Source: an uncultured Acidimicrobiia bacterium
GTDB lineage: Bacteria > Actinomycetota > Acidimicrobiia > Acidimicrobiales > AC-14
Reading direction: 5' to 3'
NCBI GenBank assembly: GCA_963836205.1
Contig: CAWIIV010000015.1
Span: forward strand, 64,001-128,000
DNA: 64,000 nt
The notes under the pieces were generated by a model. It was not told where the DNA came from. It did not search any database and saw only the letters and a list, made by a program, of their open reading frames with translations. A program made the position numbers and the translations under genes. Position 1 is the stretch's first letter, and each line of letters begins with the position of its first letter. Positions 38,982-47,448 of this stretch are shown here, in pieces.

Positions 38982-40385
38982 ATGGCCCACGTTGGAGGAC
39001 AGCTTCAAGCGCAGTTCATGGCCCGTATCCGCGGGCGTGACCCCGAGCGTTGCCTGGTGGTGCCCGTCGACGTCGGCAAGTCGTCGGCGATGGCGCTCGT
39101 CGCCGACCACTACGGCGAGATGGTCGTGGCGCCCTTCGAGTTCGTCCTCACCGAGACCGGGTTCGCGGTGCTGTCGGGAGCGATCGCCCGGGCCGAGGCG
39201 ACGCGCTCGGCCGAGGTCGTGCGGGTCGGGGTGGAATCGGCCGGGCACTACCACCGCACGCTCGTGGCCCGCCTGCGGGCCGGCGGCCACGAGGTCGTCG
39301 AGCTCAACCCGGCGGCGGTGAAGGAGGCCCGGTCCCAGCAGCTGCTGCGCCGCCTCAAGAGCGACGCCCGGGACCTGGGGGCGATGGCCGAGCTGATGAT
39401 CCGTGGCGCCGGCCGCCCCCCGGCGGTGCGCACCGACGCCCTGGCCACCCAGGGCGCATGGGTCGCCCACCGCCGGCGCAAGGTGTCGGCCCGGGTGGCG
39501 CTGGCCAACCAGGTCATCGGCCAGCTCGACCTGGTCTTCCCCGGCCTCGACGGCTGCTTCTCCGACCTGCTCGGCGCCCGCGCCGGGCGGGTGATCGTCA
39601 CCCACATCTGCGACCCCGACCGCGTCCGGCGCCAGGGGATCGAGGGCCTGCGTCGCTTCGTGGCCCGACGAGGCGTGACGCTGTCGGGGCCCAAGGCCAC
39701 CCAGGTTGTCGAGGCGGCCCGGGTGGCGCTGCGCCTGCCAGCCGCAGAGCGGGCCGTCCTGGGCAGGGTCTTAGCCGCTGACCTGGCTCTTCTCGCCAGC
39801 CTCGAGGCCGGGATCGTCGCCGCCGAGGTGTCCCTGGCCGAGGTCCTGGCGGACACCCCGGCGCGGATACTGACCTCCCTGCCCGGGGTGGCGGTGGTGC
39901 GGGCCTCGAACTACGGCGCCGGCATCGGCGACCCGGCCCGGTTCCCGAACGCGGCCGCCGCCTACCGGGCGGCGGGCCTGGTCCCGACGCTGTACGAGTC
40001 GGCCGGGAGATCCCGGTCCCGCCAGCACATCAGCCGGGAAGGCTCCGTCGAGCTGCGCCAGGCGATCATCGAGCTCGGCCGGGGCCTGGCCCAGCACGAG
40101 GCCGACTTCCGCCACTACCGCCGCCGGATCCTCGACTCGGGCAAGCCGGCCTCGGTGGCGGCCGTCGCCGTCGGCCATCGGGCCCACCGCCTGGCCTTCG
40201 CCATGCTGCGCGACCAGTTGCCCTACGACCCGGCCCGATGGACCGAGTCGGTGGCGGCGGGCATGACCGCCATGGCGAAGACCCGACGGGCCCACCAGAA
40301 CGACGTGACGTGCCCGCCGCCGGCCACCAGCGTGCCCGAAGGGGGTGAGGCCGACAACACCACCGCCAGACGCTCTCGGGGCTGA
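38982..40385 (+). CDS. IS110 family transposase (DEDD recombinase)
   Basis: VPVDVGK (D), GVES (E), KSDARD (DD), LTSLPGV, LVPTLYESAG (catalytic Ser), ISREG; RBS AGGAGG. Confidence 0.93.
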   Translation: MAHVGGQLQAQFMARIRGRDPERCLVVPVDVGKSSAMALVADHYGEMVVAPFEFVLTETGFAVLSGAIARAEATRSAEVVRVGVESAGHYHRTLVARLRAGGHEVVELNPAAVKEARSQQLLRRLKSDARDLGAMAELMIRGAGRPPAVRTDALATQGAWVAHRRRKVSARVALANQVIGQLDLVFPGLDGCFSDLLGARAGRVIVTHICDPDRVRRQGIEGLRRFVARRGVTLSGPKATQVVEAARVALRLPAAERAVLGRVLAADLALLASLEAGIVAAEVSLAEVLADTPARILTSLPGVAVVRASNYGAGIGDPARFPNAAAAYRAAGLVPTLYESAGRSRSRQHISREGSVELRQAIIELGRGLAQHEADFRHYRRRILDSGKPASVAAVAVGHRAHRLAFAMLRDQLPYDPARWTESVAAGMTAMAKTRRAHQNDVTCPPPATSVPEGGEADNTTARRSRG

Positions 40386-40397
40386 AACGCCCCGAGA

Positions 40398-40568
40398 TCG
40401 GCGGCGGGGGGCCCGGACCGATGTCGAGTGCGCTACGACGTCCTTCGGGAACGTCGCTTCTAGCATGACGCCGGGTCCCTCCCACTGAAGCGAGCGCGAA
40501 CGTGGTTGCCTGACCCGCCCTCGGGCGAGGTCGCGTATGTCAGCGTGTGCCGCGAGGGAGGCCGCCGA
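40398..40568 (+). ncRNA. Putative IS110 bridge/seek RNA (target-binding and donor-binding loops)
   Basis: Closing stem TCGGCGGC/GCCGCCGA; two hairpins with internal loops matching the target (gcgCTaga) and donor (ggttgCTga); C(UUCG)G tetraloop. Confidence 0.75.
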
Positions 40569-40699
40569 ACCGGAAATCACCCCGAACCGGATCGACGCGC
40601 CCCTCGACGGACGCCTACTTCACCGCGGCTCCACAAGACTGTTGACAAACCAGACGGTTGCTAGACGCACCTTTTCATGCCCAAGACCGTCGTCGTGCC

Positions 40700-41047
40700 T
40701 CAGCTCATGGACCGGATGCGCAGGCCGCGAACTGGCTCGAAGTGCTTCGTGTTGCGGGTGGCAAGGCCAAGCCGGTGTTCCAGGGCGGTGGCTGCGATCA
40801 ACGCGTCGGGCAGGCGCAGGCCGGTCTCCCGCCGGATCCGCCCCGCCCGTTCGGCAACGGCGCAATCGACGGGAATCTCCCGGAACGGGGCGAGAACCCG
40901 GCCCGCCAGGTCGGTACCAGTGGCCCCGGCGAAGAGCTCGGCACGCGTGACGACCGAGTAGTGGAGTCGGTGCTGACCCGCCTTCAGCTCGACCGCACCA
41001 CGCAGATGATCGATGAAGATGTCCGTGTCGACGAGAATGTCAGCCAC
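40700..41047 (-). CDS. vapC: VapC family PIN domain toxin
   Basis: ILVDTDIFID, SVVTRAEL, LPDALIAATA, TRNTKHF. Confidence 0.9.
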   Translation of the reverse strand: MADILVDTDIFIDHLRGAVELKAGQHRLHYSVVTRAELFAGATGTDLAGRVLAPFREIPVDCAVAERAGRIRRETGLRLPDALIAATALEHRLGLATRNTKHFEPVRGLRIRSMS

Positions 41048-41258
41048 GGACCCACTCGTCGCGGCTGGGCGCGGCGGCCTCAGGATCGGCTCCGAAGGTG
41101 GCGGCCAAGGCCGGACCCGGATCGCGGGCGGTTCCGAGGTAGACGTCGAGCGCCCGCCGGACGACTTCGGCCAGGCTCACCCCCTCGGCGCGGGCGATCT
41201 CGTCGATCAGCCGACGTTGTTCAGTGGTGAGATACACCTGCGTCCGCGTGGCCGACAT
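41040..41258 (-). CDS. CopG/RHH antitoxin (VapB-like)
   Basis: RTQVYLT...LDEIAR-like helix, GVSLAEVVRRALD; overlaps vapC. Confidence 0.87.
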   Translation of the reverse strand: MSATRTQVYLTTEQRRLIDEIARAEGVSLAEVVRRALDVYLGTARDPGPALAATFGADPEAAAPSRDEWVRG

Positions 41259-41310
41259 ACAGCACGACTATACAGCGCGGTCTCGTCTTCGGCCTCTCCG
41301 TAGGGTCTGC

Positions 41311-41480
41311 GTGATCGACCGTTTCACGTTGGAACGCCGGACGGCGCTGGTGCCGGGCGCCTCGCGGGGAATCGGGGCGACGACCGCCCGCGCCCATCAA
41401 CGCCGCCCTGGAGAAGTTGCGGGTGGAGGAGGTCGGCGAGCGGACGGGCCTCCGGTTCCGCGTCATGCGCCAGCAGTAGA
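41311..41480 (+). pseudogene. Fused gene remnants (SDR N-terminus and probable DHFR/RibD-family C-terminus)
   Basis: VIDRFTLERRTALVPGASRGIG (SDR Gly motif), then in another frame PINAALEKLRVEEVGERTGLRFRVMRQQ-stop. Confidence 0.5.
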
Positions 41481-41495
41481 CGCCAGACTGGGGGC

Positions 41496-42440
41496 ATGGG
41501 CTGGTCACCGGATCCTGACGCGCTCCGAGGCCGGGTGGCGGTGGTAGCGGGAGCCACCCGGGGGGCGGGCCGAGGGATCGCCGCCGCCCTGGGCGAGGCG
41601 GGGGCCACGGTCGTCTGCACCGGCCGGACCAGCCGCACCGGTAGGCTCCGGTCCGACTACGACCGGCCCGAGACGATCGAGGACACGGCCGAGATGGTCA
41701 CCGGCCTCGGCGGCACGGGTATCGCCGTCGCCGTCGACCACCTCGATCCCGACCAGGTGCGGGGCCTGGCCGACCGCATCCGCGCCGACCACGGCCACGT
41801 CGACGTGCTCGTCAACGACATCTGGGGCGGCGAGATGCTCAAGGGCGGCCCCGCCGACTGGAACACGCCCCTCTGGGAGCTCGACCTCGACAAGGGCCTG
41901 CGGATACTCCGCCTCGCCGTCGACACCCACCTCGTCACGTCCCATCACCTCCTCCCCCTCCTCGTCGACAAGCCGGGCGGCCTGGTCGTGGAGGTCACCG
42001 ACGGCACCGCCGACCACAACGCCTCCCGCTACCGGATCTCTGTGTTCTACGACCTGGCCAAGGTGGCGGTCGCCCGGCTGGCCTTCTCCCAGGGCCACGA
42101 GCTGGCGCCCCACGGGGCCACCGCAGTGGCCGTCACCCCTGGCTGGCTGCGCTCGGAGATGATGCTCGAAGCGTTCGGGGTCTCGGAGGAGAACTGGCGG
42201 GACTCGCTCCGGGCACCCCCCGGCTTCGCCGTCTCCGAGTCCCCCCGGTACGTGGGACGGGCGGTGGCCGCCCTGGCCGCCGACCCCGACCGGGCCCGGT
42301 GGAACCAGAAGTCGGTCGACTCCGGCCACCTCGCCCGCGTCTACGGCTTCACCGACATCGACGGCTCGCAGCCCGACGCCTGGCGGTACGTGGAGGCCTC
42401 CGAGCTCGACCCCGCCACCGACCCCGCCGACTACCGGTAG
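41496..42440 (+). CDS. SDR family oxidoreductase (DHRS1-like)
   Basis: VAGATRGAGRGIA, LVNDIWG, YDLAK, PGWLRSE. Confidence 0.9.
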   Translation: MGWSPDPDALRGRVAVVAGATRGAGRGIAAALGEAGATVVCTGRTSRTGRLRSDYDRPETIEDTAEMVTGLGGTGIAVAVDHLDPDQVRGLADRIRADHGHVDVLVNDIWGGEMLKGGPADWNTPLWELDLDKGLRILRLAVDTHLVTSHHLLPLLVDKPGGLVVEVTDGTADHNASRYRISVFYDLAKVAVARLAFSQGHELAPHGATAVAVTPGWLRSEMMLEAFGVSEENWRDSLRAPPGFAVSESPRYVGRAVAALAADPDRARWNQKSVDSGHLARVYGFTDIDGSQPDAWRYVEASELDPATDPADYR

Positions 42441-42529
42441 CGCCGGCCCGCCCTACGACTTTCGGCGGAGGCGAAAACCGGTCCCCCGCCCGATGCGCCC
42501 CGATGGTCTAGTCCGTCATCGTCGAGGGC

Positions 42530-43258
42530 ATGACAACCACCGACCGCCACCAGCCCGTCGCCCTCGTCACCGGTGCCTCCCGGGGGCTGGGCCTGGCCCT
42601 CGCCCGGGCCCTCGCCGCCGGCGGATGGGCGCTCGTGATCGACGCCCGGGGCGGGGCCGCCCTCCGGGCCGCGGCCCGGGAGCTCTCCGAGGTCACCACG
42701 GTCCGGGCGGTGGCGGGCGACGTCGCCGACGAGGCCCACCGCCGCGACCTGGTCGCCGCCGCCCACGACCTGGGCGGGCTCGACGCCCTCGTCCACAACG
42801 CCAGCGTCCTCGGCCCCAGCCCCCAGCCGGCACTGGCCGACTACCCCCTGGCCGTCCTCGAGTACGTGTACGCGGCCAACGTCTTCGGACCCCTGCGGCT
42901 GACGCAACTGGCCCTGCCCGAGCTCCAGACCGACTCCGCCATCGTGTCGATCACCTCCGACGCCGCCGTCGAGCCCTACGAGGGATGGGGAGGCTACGGG
43001 TCGTCGAAGGCGGCGTTGGAGCAGCTCACCAACATCCTCGCCGCCGAGCAGCCACACCTGCGGGTCTACCGCGTCGACCCGGGCGACATGAACACCCAGA
43101 TGCACGCCGAGGCCTTCCCCGGGGAGGACATCTCCGACCGGCCGCCGCCCGAGGACAGCGTCCCCGGTTTGGTGCGGCTCATCACCGGCTCCCTGCCCAG
43201 CGGCCGCTACCAGGCCCGGGCCCTCGCCCCGAGCCCCGTCGTGGCCGCGAGGGGGTGA
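42530..43258 (+). CDS. SDR family oxidoreductase
   Basis: TGASRGLG, HNAS, YGSSK, VDPGDMNT. Confidence 0.92.
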   Translation: MTTTDRHQPVALVTGASRGLGLALARALAAGGWALVIDARGGAALRAAARELSEVTTVRAVAGDVADEAHRRDLVAAAHDLGGLDALVHNASVLGPSPQPALADYPLAVLEYVYAANVFGPLRLTQLALPELQTDSAIVSITSDAAVEPYEGWGGYGSSKAALEQLTNILAAEQPHLRVYRVDPGDMNTQMHAEAFPGEDISDRPPPEDSVPGLVRLITGSLPSGRYQARALAPSPVVAARG

Positions 43259-44352
43259 CGGCCGTGCTCGCCGCCACCCTGCCGCAGGCCCCAGGGCGCC
43301 CGGCCGACGTCCTCCCTGTCGACTTCGTGCTTCCCGACGACCTCATTGCCACCGAGCCGGTCGAGTCCTCCGGTGGCGGGCGGGCGGACGCCCGTCTCAT
43401 GGTCGCCCACCGCTCCGACGACCGCCTCGTCCACACCACCTTCGGCCACCTGGGCGACTTCCTCGACCCGGGCGACCTGCTGGTGGTCAACACGTCGGCC
43501 ACCCTGCCGGCGGCGGTGCCCACCGTCGGAAGCGACGACGGGCTGCTCGTCCACCTCTCGACCGAGCTCCCCGGCGGACTGTGGCTGGTGGAGCTGCGCC
43601 GGCCGGTCGGTGCCGGCAGCCGGCCGTACGCCGGCGACACCGACGTCGGCCGCACTCTGGCCCTCCCCGGCGGCGCATCGGCCGACCTGCTCGCTCCCTA
43701 CCCCGCCGGCGGACCGCCCGCCCGGCTGTGGTTCGCCGTCCTCCGGCTCCCAGACCCGGTGCCCGCCTACCTGGCCCGCCACGGGCGACCGATCCGCTAC
43801 GGCTACGTCCACCGCCCCTTCCCCATCGCCGCCTACCAGACGGTCTTCGCCCAGGAGCCGGGCAGCGCGGAGATGCCGAGCGCGGGACGGCCGTTCACCG
43901 CCGCCCTGGTCGCCGACCTCGTGAGCCGGGGGATCGGCGTGAGCCCGATCGTGCTCCACACAGGTGTGTCGTCGGCCGAGCCGGGCGAGATGCCGTACCC
44001 CGAGCGCTACCGGGTTCCTGCGGAGACCGCCGAGCGGGTCAACGCCGCCCACGCCGCCGGCCACCGGGTCGTGGCCGTCGGCACCACCGTCACCCGGGCC
44101 CTGGAGACGGCGGCCGACGAGCGCGGCCGGGTCCACCCGGCCGAGGGATGGACCGAGCTGGTGGTCACCCCCGAGCGGGGGACGAGGGTGGTCGACGGGC
44201 TCGTCACCGGTTGGCACCCGCCTGCCGGCTCCCACCTCCTGCTGGTGGAGGCGGTCGCGGGACGGGCGGCGGTGGAGCGCAGCTACGCGGCCGCGGTCGA
44301 CGGTCGCTACCGGTGGCACGAGTTCGGCGACGTGCACCTGGTCCTGCCGTAG
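43255..44352 (+). CDS. S-adenosylmethionine:tRNA ribosyltransferase-isomerase family (QueA-like)
   Basis: GDLLVVNTS, YQTVFA..PGSAEMPSAGRPFT, LHTG, AVGTTVTRALE, TGWH, YRWHEFGD; GTGA overlap with the SDR gene. Confidence 0.87.
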   Translation: MTAVLAATLPQAPGRPADVLPVDFVLPDDLIATEPVESSGGGRADARLMVAHRSDDRLVHTTFGHLGDFLDPGDLLVVNTSATLPAAVPTVGSDDGLLVHLSTELPGGLWLVELRRPVGAGSRPYAGDTDVGRTLALPGGASADLLAPYPAGGPPARLWFAVLRLPDPVPAYLARHGRPIRYGYVHRPFPIAAYQTVFAQEPGSAEMPSAGRPFTAALVADLVSRGIGVSPIVLHTGVSSAEPGEMPYPERYRVPAETAERVNAAHAAGHRVVAVGTTVTRALETAADERGRVHPAEGWTELVVTPERGTRVVDGLVTGWHPPAGSHLLLVEAVAGRAAVERSYAAAVDGRYRWHEFGDVHLVLP

Positions 44353-44369
44353 GTCCATAGGATGAGGGG

Positions 44370-44882
44370 GTGAAGTTCCGGCTCGAACAGCATTTCCCCG
44401 CGTCCGTCGAGGAGGTCGGGGAGGCCTTCATCGACCCCGACCTCTTCGCCCACCTCCACGAGTGCGCCGACCTCGGCCGGCCCGAGCTGCTCGAGAAGGC
44501 GGAGGACGAGGACGGCAACGTCCACCTCCAGGTGCGCTACGCCTTCACCGGCGAGCTCGGTCCCTCGTTGTCGGCCTTCGTGGAACCGGCCCGGATCACG
44601 TGGGTCGAGGTGTCGACGGTCGACCCCGCCACCCACAGCACCACCTTCCACATCGTCGCCGACCACTACCCCGACCGGCTCCGCTGCCAGGGCACGGTCC
44701 AGTTGTTCGACGACGGCGAGGGGGGCACCATCCGGGTGGGCGCGGGCAAGCTCGAGATCAAGATCCCGCTGGTGGGGGGCAAGGTCGAACGGGCGGTGGT
44801 CGAGAGCCTCGAGGAGCAGGCGGCCACCCAGGCCGAGGTGGTCGGCGAGTGGCTCGTCAGCCGCCGTCAGGCTCAGGCCTGA
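44370..44882 (+). CDS. DUF2505 (SRPBCC-like) protein
   Basis: GKLEIKIPLVGGKVERAVV C-terminal motif. Confidence 0.82.
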   Translation: MKFRLEQHFPASVEEVGEAFIDPDLFAHLHECADLGRPELLEKAEDEDGNVHLQVRYAFTGELGPSLSAFVEPARITWVEVSTVDPATHSTTFHIVADHYPDRLRCQGTVQLFDDGEGGTIRVGAGKLEIKIPLVGGKVERAVVESLEEQAATQAEVVGEWLVSRRQAQA

Positions 44883-45387
44883 GGTCGCCCTCGGGCTCGG
44901 GCGGGCAGCGGCCGGCGGCTCGTTCCTCCTCCCGGAACCGCAGCAGGTGGTCGCGCACGGCCTCGCTGATCGCCCGCAGCTGAGCCACCTGGTCGTCGCT
45001 CAGGCGGTCGAAGAGGTGGTTGCGCACGCCCTCCACGTGGCCCGGCGCCGCCGCCGCCAGGGCCTCGAACCCCTTGTCGGTGAGGACGGCCATCGATCCC
45101 CGCCGGTCGGTGACGCACGTCTCCCGGCGCACCCATCCCGTCTCCTCCAGCCGGGCCACGGCGTGGGAGATCCGGCTGCGAGACGACTGCGACCGCTCGG
45201 CCAACTGGCTCATGCGCAAGGTGCGGTCGGGCGCCTCCGACAGCCGCACGAGGATCTCGTAGTAGCCGTGGGGAATGCCGGCGTCGCGTTGCAACTCGTG
45301 GTCGAGCGTCTCGAAGAGAAGTTGGTTGACGTCGAGGAACGCCCGCCACGTCCGCTGCTCGTCGTTGCTCAGCCAGCGGGGTCCCAT
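44857..45387 (-). CDS. MarR family transcriptional regulator
   Basis: RWLSNDEQRTWRAF, YEILVRLSEAPDRTLRMSQLA, DRRG. Confidence 0.92.
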   Translation of the reverse strand: MGPRWLSNDEQRTWRAFLDVNQLLFETLDHELQRDAGIPHGYYEILVRLSEAPDRTLRMSQLAERSQSSRSRISHAVARLEETGWVRRETCVTDRRGSMAVLTDKGFEALAAAAPGHVEGVRNHLFDRLSDDQVAQLRAISEAVRDHLLRFREEERAAGRCPPEPEGDLRPEPDGG

Positions 45388-45484
45388 GACCCCAGACTAT
45401 TGGTCCGGCCGTCTTCCGGTGCCGTGGGAATAGTTGATCGCTCAAGTTGTTGATCGGGACCCCACCAGCGAGAGGGAGCCGTCG

Positions 45485-45979
45485 ATGCCCATCACCCGCC
45501 TCAACCACGCCGTGCTGTACGTCCGCGACGTCGCCCGCAGCGTGGCGTTCTACACCGAGGTCCTCGGGTTCCGGCGCCTGCCCATGACGCCCGTCGGTTC
45601 GGGCGCCGCCTTCCTCCAGGCCCCCGGGTCCACCAACGACCACGACATCGGGTTGTTCGAGATCGGCTCCGGTGCGGGGCCGTCGCTGGCCGGACGGTCC
45701 ACCGTCGGCCTCTACCACCTGGCCTGGGAGGTCGACACCCTGGCCGAGTTGGAGCGGCTGGCCGGCGTGCTCCAGGCCCGGGGGGCGCTGGTGGGAGCCA
45801 GCGACCACGGCACCACCAAGAGCCTCTACGCCAAGGATCCCGACGGCCTCGAGTTCGAGGTGGCGTGGATCGTGCCCGCCGATCGCCTCGACGACGGCAC
45901 CCGGGGCGGGCGCGTCGGCCGCCTCGACCTGGCCCGGGAGATCGAGCGCTACGGGGCCGCGACCGTCGGCGGAATCTGA
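45485..45979 (+). CDS. VOC (glyoxalase) family protein
   Basis: LNHAVLYVRD, GLYHLAWEV, LYAKDPDGLEFEV. Confidence 0.92.
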   Translation: MPITRLNHAVLYVRDVARSVAFYTEVLGFRRLPMTPVGSGAAFLQAPGSTNDHDIGLFEIGSGAGPSLAGRSTVGLYHLAWEVDTLAELERLAGVLQARGALVGASDHGTTKSLYAKDPDGLEFEVAWIVPADRLDDGTRGGRVGRLDLAREIERYGAATVGGI

Positions 45980-46103
45980 CAGTTCCCTGAACCGGCGCCG
46001 CCCATAGCTGGCCCGCGGCCTCGGCCGCCGGGTAGCTTGGGCCGTCCGCCCCCCGTCGTCTGACTTCGTCCGACACCGGGGAAACGCCGGCCCCCGGAGG
46101 TCG

Positions 46104-47093
46104 ATGACCGCTCCGCCCCGACGTTCGATAGTGGTCACGACCTTGCTCACAGTCCTCGCGCTCGTCGTCGGGACCATCGGTGCCGTCGGTGCCGGCGCGG
46201 ACGAGATCGGCGACAAGCAGGCGGAGGCGGAGATCGTCGCCGGGCGGCTGGCCGACCAGGCCCGGGCCATCGTCGCCCTCGACAAGGAGCACCGCTCCGC
46301 CCAGGACCGCCTGGCCCAGTCCGAGGTCGCCCTCGACCAGGCGGAGGCCGAGCTGGTGGGCGCGTCGAAGCGCCAGGAGGACGCCCGGCTGCTGCTCGTC
46401 GCCCACGCCCAGGCCGCCTATGTCAGCGGCGGGTCGGTGTCGTTCGTGGGCAACCTGGCCAACGGGGCCGCCCCCGACGGTGTCGCCCGCAACACCTACC
46501 TGCGCCTGGTCACGGGCGAGGACCGCCAGGCGGTGGGCCGGATGCGGGCCGCCCGGGAGGACCTCGAGATCCGGCGGGGCCAGCTCGACGACGTCCGCCG
46601 GCGGGCGTCCGACCAGGCCGACACCGTCTCCGCCGACCTGGAGGAGCTCGAGCACGCCATGAACGCCCAGCGGGCGCAGGTGGCCCGGGTCGACGGCGAG
46701 CTGGCCACCCTGGTGTCGGCGGAGCAGGCCCGGGCCGCGGAGGTCGCCCGCCAGGAGCAGGCCCGGCGGGACGCGGAGGCGGCCGCCGCTCGAGCGGTTC
46801 CCACGACTGCCGGCGGCGGCACCGTGCTGGCGGCGGCGACGGAGCCCGCGCCCGGGCCGGCGCTGTCGATGGAAGAGGCCTTCGCCTGCATCCGTCAGCT
46901 GGAGTCGGGCAACAACTACTCCTCCCCCAGCGGCGGCGCCTACCAGTTCCTGGACGAGACCTGGCAGTCGCTCGGCTACTCGGGCGCGGCCGAGGACCAT
47001 CCCCCGGCGGCGCAGGACGAGGGCGCCCGCCGCCTCCAGGCCCGCAGCGGCTGGAGCCAGTGGTCGGTCGCCCCGTTGTGCGGTCTCATCTGA
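46104..47093 (+). CDS. Secreted coiled-coil protein with Rpf-like transglycosylase domain
   Basis: Signal peptide, coiled coil, CIRQLESGNNY...GAYQF...TW...Q...GWSQW. Confidence 0.87.
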   Translation: MTAPPRRSIVVTTLLTVLALVVGTIGAVGAGADEIGDKQAEAEIVAGRLADQARAIVALDKEHRSAQDRLAQSEVALDQAEAELVGASKRQEDARLLLVAHAQAAYVSGGSVSFVGNLANGAAPDGVARNTYLRLVTGEDRQAVGRMRAAREDLEIRRGQLDDVRRRASDQADTVSADLEELEHAMNAQRAQVARVDGELATLVSAEQARAAEVARQEQARRDAEAAAARAVPTTAGGGTVLAAATEPAPGPALSMEEAFACIRQLESGNNYSSPSGGAYQFLDETWQSLGYSGAAEDHPPAAQDEGARRLQARSGWSQWSVAPLCGLI

Positions 47094-47107
47094 CGCGGCC
47101 CGCCACG

Positions 47108-47154
47108 AACTGGTGACACTGAAGGCGCCCACACGACCCTGACCGTCACCAGTT
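47108..47154. repeat. REP-like palindrome (same family as 17570 and 31632)
   Basis: AACTGGTGAC-N27-GTCACCAGTT between convergent genes. Confidence 0.8.
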
Positions 47155-47176
47155 GGCGGCGGCCGAACCCGGACGG

Positions 47177-47416
47177 CTACCGCTTGTGCTTGCCCCGGCC
47201 CGTCCGCCAGAGCAGCAGCCGGTCCACGGCCGCGCCGAGGACGGCGGTGATGGCCAGGACCGCGATGAGGGGAGCCCGCACGTCGCCGAAGACGTAGCCG
47301 ATCCGCACCGACTGGCCGTTGTCGACCAGCAGCGCGAGCAGCACCACCACCGCCAGCACCAGGCCGACGATGCGCACGATCTCCCGGTTGTCCCTCGGCT
47401 TGTCCCCGTCCGCCAC
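47177..47416 (-). CDS. LapA/DUF1049 family small membrane protein
   Basis: TM-VDNGQSVRIGYVF..RAPL-TM pattern. Confidence 0.75.
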   Translation of the reverse strand: MADGDKPRDNREIVRIVGLVLAVVVLLALLVDNGQSVRIGYVFGDVRAPLIAVLAITAVLGAAVDRLLLWRTGRGKHKR

Positions 47417-47448
47417 GACGGCGAACGTAGCCCACCGCCCGGCGGCCG

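Larger units (their letters stand above)
38897..40662 (+). mobile_element. IS110 family insertion sequence (about 1.77 kb, CT core)
   Basis: (G)CT at both ends (38895-96 and 40661-62); short left end and ~275-bp structured right end; TTGACA near the right tip. Confidence 0.82.

Noticed and set aside
38897-40662. IS1111-type subterminal inverted repeats or a TSD for the IS110 element
   Set aside because: No convincing inverted match between the ends; only the shared (G)CT core.
45980-46103. Possible c-di-AMP (ydaO) riboswitch upstream of the Rpf-like gene
   Set aside because: The conserved GCTGAATCC, GGGGTGAAT and CCCGAACCCGTCAGCTAAC elements are not present; only generic GC-rich pairing.
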